DNA from: Oopsacas minuta | Taxonomy: Eukaryota > Animalia > Porifera | Direction of reading: 5' to 3' | NCBI GenBank assembly: GCA_024704765.1 | Contig: JAKMXF010000299.1 | Coordinates: forward strand, 248,001-312,000 | Length of the DNA: 64,000 nt | Shown: positions 57,480-64,000 of the stretch, piece by piece | Layout of the letters: each line of letters opens with the position of its first letter | How positions within the stretch are numbered: the stretch's first letter is position 1 | Notes under the pieces: generated by a model | Told to the model about the DNA's origin: nothing | The model's input: the letters and a program-made list of their open reading frames with translations, nothing else | Database searches by the model: none | Made by a program: the position numbers and the translations under genes

Positions 57480-59756
57480 ATGACATCATCACAAATCATC
57501 CCAGATTATTTTTCTCGTCAGATAGCAATTCCAGACCTTAACAACAACCTTCTACAACAATCGAATGCATTAGTTCTAGGTATAGGAGGACTTGGTTCTA
57601 CAGTATCTATGGATTTATGTAGACTAGGAGTGAATCGTGTTTATCTCTTAGATGTTGATTTTGTTGATCCTACTAATTTGAATCGTCAGATTTTATACTC
57701 AAAACTGGACATAGCTAAACCGAAAGCAATTTCTGCTCTCCGAGGGTTAGAACAACATAATTTACAAACTGAAATTCTAGCGTTTAACTGTGATGCATTA
57801 CTAAACTGGAGTACTGTAGTTCGATTAGCCAGGCAATGCAATGTAGTCTTTAATTGTATAGATTTTGGTGAATACTTTGATTTCGCTGTATCTTCGCTCT
57901 GTAAAAGTTTAAGAATACACTATTTAACAGGTAGTTCATATGGACATACAGCTATATCAGAATCATTCCCATATTCACCAATTCTACCAAATGGAGGTGT
58001 ATGTTGGGGCTGTAATAATTCCCCACAGAATCTTGGCGTATTATTACAATTAGCACCAAGTTCTATACAATCTCTATCTTCAATAGCCTTTATTCCAAAG
58101 GAAGATGTTATATACGGTGCACAAAATACAGGATCTTCTGTCTTACCATGTTCTATAGCTTCTCATTTAATCGTAACCAGCTGGGCTAATTCATTCTGTA
58201 ATTACACATTACCAAACTGGGCTAATTTTAATCTCAGTACTTTTGAATCTTTTTCATTTCCTGTTGAGCAGAATCTTGAATGCATCATATGTACATCTTC
58301 ACTAGAATCTCAATGCAGTGCATATTATAATACAAATAATTCTATACCTCTATCACATATTAATGGTATTACTTTCCCATTCATTCTTGGTGCAATTCAA
58401 AACCCATTAGAACCTCTTTTCTATCAAAATGCATTCGCTCGGCTAACTCCACATAAACTGGCTGATTCTAAGCCAATTTCCTTACCTGCACCACCAAGCT
58501 GTGATTTTGTATACAATCATATTGAGGGTATACAGCCTTTACCTTCTTTCCTGTCTAAGCCCCTGATAAAATCACAATGTGGTGAGTATGTAGCTTATTT
58601 TAGTGGTAGAAGATCTGTTGTTTTGTTATACGGTGATAAACTGTATAGACTAAAGGGATGTGGAAATATCTTACAATTTTCTAAAGAAATTCATAATTTT
58701 CCGATTGAAGAAACTTGTCCTGAACAATTTGAAATCAGAGGCTCAATGTTCCAGCATACGGCTATGCGAGAATTGTATATGACACAGTTGGTTAGCGACT
58801 GCTTAAAACCGCAGGGATTTATTACCGGTAATATTCCGTTGGGCATGTGGGAGTATGATTTAGAGAATGATAAAAATGCGGAAATTAAGAAATATTGCGC
58901 TTTTTATGAAACTATTGGTGATAAACGTCTTTCAACACATCTCCTAACAGGAATAACTCTATTATTACCAAATTTAGTGAAAGATTTCTCGAATGAAGAT
59001 TTATTAAAATGTATACCAGAAGAACGAAATAAGATGATAGATGGTAAGATGGGTATTCAGCCTACTTGGTCAGCTTATTCAGAGAGTCAAGGTTTCGTAT
59101 CAATTGATATATTCGCGTTTAATTACACTTTACAACCTCCAACTATACCCACAATATGTAGAGATAAATGGGAAAGTAAATGGCAAGATTTGTGTATCAA
59201 ACTCAACCAATTCATAACTACAGATTCGAATGGTAACTTGTTGAGTTTACTGTATTGGAATTTAGGCTTTGAAGTTGGCATTATACTAACTTCTATTCAT
59301 GCTAAACAGATTAACTGGGGTACATTCTTCGATCATAATCCATGCGAACCTCATTGTAACAGTCATCCTAACAACCTCATTATTCTTCCTCCTGGTTATT
59401 CGCGGTTTCTAGCACCTGTTGATTTCGATCTTAGTTTCACAAGAGAAGGATTTTTCTCTCCTTACACAAAAGAGTTGGACGATGATCTATTTGATTCTTG
59501 GATTGACATGGAAACTTCAGAAATGGCTCGTGCATTAGGAGGTGAAACTGTAAACACAGGGGTTAGCACTAGCGAGCATTTACTGCAGAAAGATTATTCT
59601 ATATTAGAAATAGCATTACGTGATACAATCGTACTTGGTTATTTAGCTGGGATTAACTGCAAGGAAAACATACGCCCTATACCTCCTTACATTAAAGATG
59701 TTCTACATATTATTATTGAGTTAGCCTTAATAGCCAGTGATAGACTAAATACTTGA
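57480..59756 (+). CDS. ThiF/MoeB/E1-like adenylation domain fused to a SelO-like atypical kinase-fold domain; intronless
   Basis: N-terminal: GIGGLGS, LLDVDFVDPTNLNRQIL, K at KPKA, zinc pairs CWGC and CIIC. C-terminal: RLKGCG, TAMREL, HCNSHPNN, PVDFD. Likely start MTSSQ at 57480. Confidence 0.75.
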   Translation: MTSSQIIPDYFSRQIAIPDLNNNLLQQSNALVLGIGGLGSTVSMDLCRLGVNRVYLLDVDFVDPTNLNRQILYSKLDIAKPKAISALRGLEQHNLQTEILAFNCDALLNWSTVVRLARQCNVVFNCIDFGEYFDFAVSSLCKSLRIHYLTGSSYGHTAISESFPYSPILPNGGVCWGCNNSPQNLGVLLQLAPSSIQSLSSIAFIPKEDVIYGAQNTGSSVLPCSIASHLIVTSWANSFCNYTLPNWANFNLSTFESFSFPVEQNLECIICTSSLESQCSAYYNTNNSIPLSHINGITFPFILGAIQNPLEPLFYQNAFARLTPHKLADSKPISLPAPPSCDFVYNHIEGIQPLPSFLSKPLIKSQCGEYVAYFSGRRSVVLLYGDKLYRLKGCGNILQFSKEIHNFPIEETCPEQFEIRGSMFQHTAMRELYMTQLVSDCLKPQGFITGNIPLGMWEYDLENDKNAEIKKYCAFYETIGDKRLSTHLLTGITLLLPNLVKDFSNEDLLKCIPEERNKMIDGKMGIQPTWSAYSESQGFVSIDIFAFNYTLQPPTIPTICRDKWESKWQDLCIKLNQFITTDSNGNLLSLLYWNLGFEVGIILTSIHAKQINWGTFFDHNPCEPHCNSHPNNLIILPPGYSRFLAPVDFDLSFTREGFFSPYTKELDDDLFDSWIDMETSEMARALGGETVNTGVSTSEHLLQKDYSILEIALRDTIVLGYLAGINCKENIRPIPPYIKDVLHIIIELALIASDRLNT

Positions 59757-60276
59757 TATTATCAGCTGGAAATATGCTTCTCTAACTCACACATTTTCCA
59801 TATTTCTACTCACGAAATTCCAAATAATCTATAACAATTGTTTAATTATACAAACCAAGTGGATGTTTTGGCTATATCTATGAAATTCTCCACAGGTTTG
59901 TAATACCTATTATCTTTATCATTAATATAATAATAATATTGTTTTTCAGTGGAGTTTGTTATTTCCAAATTGGATTTTGATTCTCAAACAGTTGCTAATA
60001 TAAGGGAACATAATTACCGCGATATCCACAGTAAGGACCTGAAGGTATTAATAAACGAATATTACTATTAAGCAATTTGCTAATACGTTAACTATACTGT
60101 ATTACAATTTATACTGGTTGATATAGGAAATTTGTTAAAGACGAATGACTTAAGTTTCTTTGACGATTATATAACTTATTAGTATGTATGTATTAAATAA
60201 AATACAAAATACAAAATACACATATTAAATACATGTGTATGTGAGTTATCATGTAATATAATTGTAAGCAGATTAT

Positions 60277-61956
60277 CTAGGTAGGAAATCTTCCTTTACA
60301 ACCTTCCACTACATGAGGTAGTGCTTGTGCATGAGCTGCTGTATCAACAACTTCCATGAATACTTTCATTCTCTTACAGCATTTATCTTGACGACTAGTA
60401 TACTCAAATAGCGGTTTAGGGTAGTCTACACCGATTATGCAATTCGCGGCTTGTTGCACTTCAATTGGAGCTAAATCTGGTTTATGTATGTATTCAAGTG
60501 GGAAATCTCTCAATTTTGGGATGTATTTTTTGATGTAATCACCGTTGGGATCGATTTGTCGTGACACATATAGCATAGGATCTTTATATTGTTTCTGTAA
60601 ACCACTTATCATTGTAGATGAACTAGCTTCCAACCATGAATATGTAGATATAGGCAAATCAAAATTAACACTGTTCAGGTAGAATAGCTCCAATCCTTCT
60701 TCCCAGCTAATCCACAAGAGACCGTTTGTTACGAAGGTTGCTAGTGATTCAGTAACTTCGTTTACGGCATAGCCCTCAGTTTTTATTTGTATAATTGCTG
60801 CGTCGAAGAAAGGGAAACCTGTTTGCGCTGCATTGAATGATTGAATTAGATTGGAGTTTCTATCCCAAGGAATGGGTAGGCAAAGGTTGTTATACGATAT
60901 TATTCGTTCAGGGATTGGTTGCTTTTGTGAGGCTTGTAGCGCAAAATCTCTTGCTATTATTCCCGCTAATGCTTGGTCAATATTTATTCTTGAATAATTA
61001 GAGTTATTAATTAAATCCACTAAAAATTGGAAGAACTTTCTTGGAGTTATACAGCCGAAACGTAGGTAGGGACTTATAGGTTTCGCCTTAGCTTTGATTG
61101 GTGAAATTTCTTCTACTGGAGTATGACGTAATCGAGCTTCTCTGTATTCATTCAAGAAAATATTGTTTATGTATCTTTCACCTCCTTGGAAAAGGAAAGT
61201 TAATTGGCTAAATGCAGTGTTAGGGAATAGGTTTCTGAGTTGAGGGATTTCTGAGATGAAAGGACATGGAATTCTTTCCTTCTTTCCCAATTCGATCAGC
61301 TGGTCTTCATTCAAATCAGGAATTACGGTTTGTATATAAGCTTCACTACAAGTGTTGTTCTGTTTGGCAGTAATTGCTTCAGCAAGAAGTGCTCTGAATT
61401 TAGTCATAGAAATAGGATCTTTATAAGTATTTGGTAACCAGAGGAGCCGATGACTTTCCAAATCTGTGAACATTTGGATGTTATTTTCTTGGCAGATTTT
61501 ATTGATTTTCTCGTTGTAGCTTATGAAATTAACATCTGGATCCATATTGATTGAGAGATGAGTTATTTTCCACTGATTTATAAGAGTACTAAGAATGCTG
61601 GAAGATTCACCGCTCAGGAAATAAACTTCTAATCCATACTCTAACAGCTGATACTTCAAATCTTCCATGCAATCAATCATGAATTTCCATCTTATAGGCG
61701 CTACAGCTATAGAATCCAGACCTTCCATGATATACACTGCGTAGAATTTATCTGGATTATGTGCAAGAGCTTGGTAGAGTGCAGTGTTGTCCCTGAGACG
61801 TAAATGACGATTAGTAAACATGTGTAATAACACTTTACCTTGAGGAACTTCTATATCTACTTTACTCTGTGTATCATCTCCAGAATATTCAGATTCTGAT
61901 GAAAATGATAAGTATTGTTCGATTGTTAGTTGTTCCAATTCTTCTAGTCCTTCCAT
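60277..61956 (-). CDS. CRY: Cryptochrome/photolyase family protein (divergent, sponge-CRY-like); intronless
   Basis: HMFTNRHLRLRDNTAL, ISPYLRFGCITPR, PIPWDRN, TGFPFFDAAIIQI, LWISWEEG, DPNGDYIKKYIPKL, IIGVDYPKP. Confidence 0.92.
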   Translation of the reverse strand: MEGLEELEQLTIEQYLSFSSESEYSGDDTQSKVDIEVPQGKVLLHMFTNRHLRLRDNTALYQALAHNPDKFYAVYIMEGLDSIAVAPIRWKFMIDCMEDLKYQLLEYGLEVYFLSGESSSILSTLINQWKITHLSINMDPDVNFISYNEKINKICQENNIQMFTDLESHRLLWLPNTYKDPISMTKFRALLAEAITAKQNNTCSEAYIQTVIPDLNEDQLIELGKKERIPCPFISEIPQLRNLFPNTAFSQLTFLFQGGERYINNIFLNEYREARLRHTPVEEISPIKAKAKPISPYLRFGCITPRKFFQFLVDLINNSNYSRINIDQALAGIIARDFALQASQKQPIPERIISYNNLCLPIPWDRNSNLIQSFNAAQTGFPFFDAAIIQIKTEGYAVNEVTESLATFVTNGLLWISWEEGLELFYLNSVNFDLPISTYSWLEASSSTMISGLQKQYKDPMLYVSRQIDPNGDYIKKYIPKLRDFPLEYIHKPDLAPIEVQQAANCIIGVDYPKPLFEYTSRQDKCCKRMKVFMEVVDTAAHAQALPHVVEGCKGRFPT

Positions 61957-63004
61957 TTACCTATCTAATAAATGTAATTACTGAAAGTTATGCATTTATA
62001 TACACGTAGGGTTACAAGCAAACTTTTTCCTACACACAAACTATGAATTAATTCAGTTTGTAACAATTGATCTATAAACTACTCATAATTTTCCAAATTT
62101 AATCCTATTAATACTAAATGTTACTCGTGTCCACATCATATTGGTGTAACTTCCCTATGCACATATCAAGTGTCTATATAGTTTTACTTTACAGGAAATT
62201 AGCATGAACCTATCTATTACAATCACTATGGAATTAGTTGAAGGAGCCTATGTATATTATTTAGCATTCGGATGCTAAGATATTCAAATTGGGATAGAAC
62301 CACAGCTGGTATACCTTCAAGCCATTGTCATTCTGGTTTACAATTGTACATTAATTTGCAGGAGTTAGTTATTTCTCCAAATTTGTAATCAATTAATTGA
62401 CACTATTTTTAGTCGATTTGTCTGTATCATATTCCTTGTTAGTTTATCAACAAATATGTCAGTACTTGCTATTTCCCTAAATATCATATTCATCTATAAA
62501 TAGTTCCAACACAGCATGAAAGGAACAAAGCAAATAAATTAGCAAATATGCCATTAAGATATTAATTATAGCTCCCTCTCCTGACTGTTATAGGTTATAT
62601 CTTGATGGTAGTCCCTCAGAGCTGCAGCCTAGTGTATTGGCTGTGAGTGCATTAGTGCTACACTCAGTACCTTTCCCCACCATCACCCGAAGTTTGAAGT
62701 TGAAATAGATACTATACTATAAAACCTGCACTAATATGCAGAGCATATCGTGTGCGTGATATCCCCAATGAAATTTGCATATTTTAACTTTGTCTATTAA
62801 TCAAATAATTATCAGTTTTAGATGTTCTACATTGATAGCATAATCTTCTTTTGTATTCGCATATGGATATATTTCTTCATTCTCCCGACCGTGAAAATAC
62901 TATTCTATATATTAGAATGTATTATCAATATTTCTAAGAGAATAACATTCTATTTACTTCCACAGCAAACTTTTCCATGTCGTATTTTTGAACGTGTTGA
63001 ATCT

Positions 63005-64000
63005 ATGTATAACTACCTAGTAGGGGGTTATCGTAGGATTGTGGGAGCTATCTCTAACTGGATTCTCTCTGACAGTCCTAAATACATCGTTGCAAGGATA
63101 AAGGAACTAAAAACTCTATTATTTCTAATCGTATTAATGATCTGGTTTTCTAGCTCACTAACTACTGTCCTATTTGGTAATACTTATTTCTATTCTCCCA
63201 ACAAAAAGTTCGATTTTCCATTCTATTTTGACTACACATACCATGGATTACCTCTCACACAAATTGTCCCTTATGCATCTTCTAAAGAGATTATTCAATT
63301 TGAAGGCATCGAGCCTGCTACCATAATCCCACATGCTTTCATTGATCTGCAGGAATTGGACATCAAATTGAGTATCGGAGAATATTATGATGTTTCTATC
63401 AAGTTAGAATTACCGGAGAGTTATGCGAATCGTGATGCTGGTGTGTTTATGTTAAATCTCACTATGTACGCTGAAAACGCTACTCTAATTGCTACAGTTG
63501 GGCGTCCATTGCTTCTGAAATTTAAATCAAACTTTTTTACTTATATTCAAACCTTTGTTTTCTTTCCATTTTACTTTTTGGGTGTCATACAAGAAAAGCA
63601 ACAAATGCATAGCTTAATGTTTGAAAATTTCCAGGAAAATTTCAAACTACAGACTGAATCCATCTATGTATCCGTTTCAAATCCCAAAATCGAAATATAC
63701 GAATCTTCAATGCACTTTTCATTAAAACCACAGGGTCTTAATATGTTAGTACTGAACTGGCCATGGACAGCATGGCTTGTAATGATAACGTTAGTAGTCG
63801 TATCATCAATATTCCTATGTATTCTAATCTCACAAGCTATATTATTCATCTTAATAGATATAGTACATACTCGTTTACCTGAAGTAGCTGATATGCTACC
63901 GAGTAATGACGCCTTAATGCGCTCATTCCCTCCCTTACCTAGATACAGTAATGTTCCCCGTGTGCAAGAGGAATATCATACTATTGACGATGAAGATGCG
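63005..64000 (+). CDS. BSCL2: Seipin (runs off the window end; absent from the ORF track because no stop is reached)
   Basis: Open frame from ATG 63005 to 64000: TM1, YDVSIKLELPESYANRDAGVFML, GRPLLLKFKS, GVIQEKQ, KIEIYES, GLNMLVLNWP, TM2. Confidence 0.9.
   Translation, partial: MYNYLVGGYRRIVGAISNWILSDSPKYIVARIKELKTLLFLIVLMIWFSSSLTTVLFGNTYFYSPNKKFDFPFYFDYTYHGLPLTQIVPYASSKEIIQFEGIEPATIIPHAFIDLQELDIKLSIGEYYDVSIKLELPESYANRDAGVFMLNLTMYAENATLIATVGRPLLLKFKSNFFTYIQTFVFFPFYFLGVIQEKQQMHSLMFENFQENFKLQTESIYVSVSNPKIEIYESSMHFSLKPQGLNMLVLNWPWTAWLVMITLVVVSSIFLCILISQAILFILIDIVHTRLPEVADMLPSNDALMRSFPPLPRYSNVPRVQEEYHTIDDEDA

Noticed and set aside
62150-62720. Possible decayed non-LTR reverse transcriptase fragment on the minus strand (LEGIPAVVLSQFEYLSI resembles an RT YLG motif)
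   Set aside because: One weak motif among many stops, with no YADD or PQG motif; cannot be supported without a search.
443-63849. Dozens of short ORFs (60-175 aa) in the ORF track overlapping real genes on the other strand or frame, e.g. 1225-1512, 28137-28664, 43570-43860, 63664-63849
   Set aside because: Shadow ORFs of long coding exons; no recognisable motifs, and many begin at alternative start codons.

Overview
AT-rich, gene-dense eukaryotic (non-bilaterian animal-like) genomic DNA with short GT-AG introns (about 50-60 nt) and many long intronless genes. The style suggests a compact sponge genome such as a hexactinellid (inference only). About 23 protein-coding genes can be supported. 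From left to right on the minus strand: DHX8 (partial), RPS3, a PHD-finger/GTF3C2 fusion, ERGIC2, a DnaJ protein, a cryptic 9-exon GW182/TNRC6 homologue, a very large receptor guanylyl cyclase, an NHL protein, USP7, RPRD2 (with a second NHL gene nested antisense in one intron) and NSUN5. After a single strand switch at about 39.1-39.3 kb come nine plus-strand genes: a GPI-type Ig/Cys-rich/FN3 protein, MICAL, an ACSL-like protein with degenerate catalytic motifs, DUF4291, NDUFB2, an RGG-vWA protein, endoglycoceramidase, a RING/B-box protein and a ThiF/E1-like + SelO-like fusion. A divergent cryptochrome (-) and seipin (+, runs off the end) close the window. Several short TIR elements (MITEs) lie in introns and spacers. 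Most notable: (1) the E1-like/SelO-like fusion beside a RING/B-box gene; (2) operon-like strand runs with about 100-bp spacers and splice acceptors just before start codons, consistent with trans-splicing; (3) a tryptophan-poor GW182; (4) PHD fingers fused to TFIIIC subunit 2. All family assignments come from motif recognition by eye; no searches were run. No tRNA, rRNA or CRISPR features were recognised.
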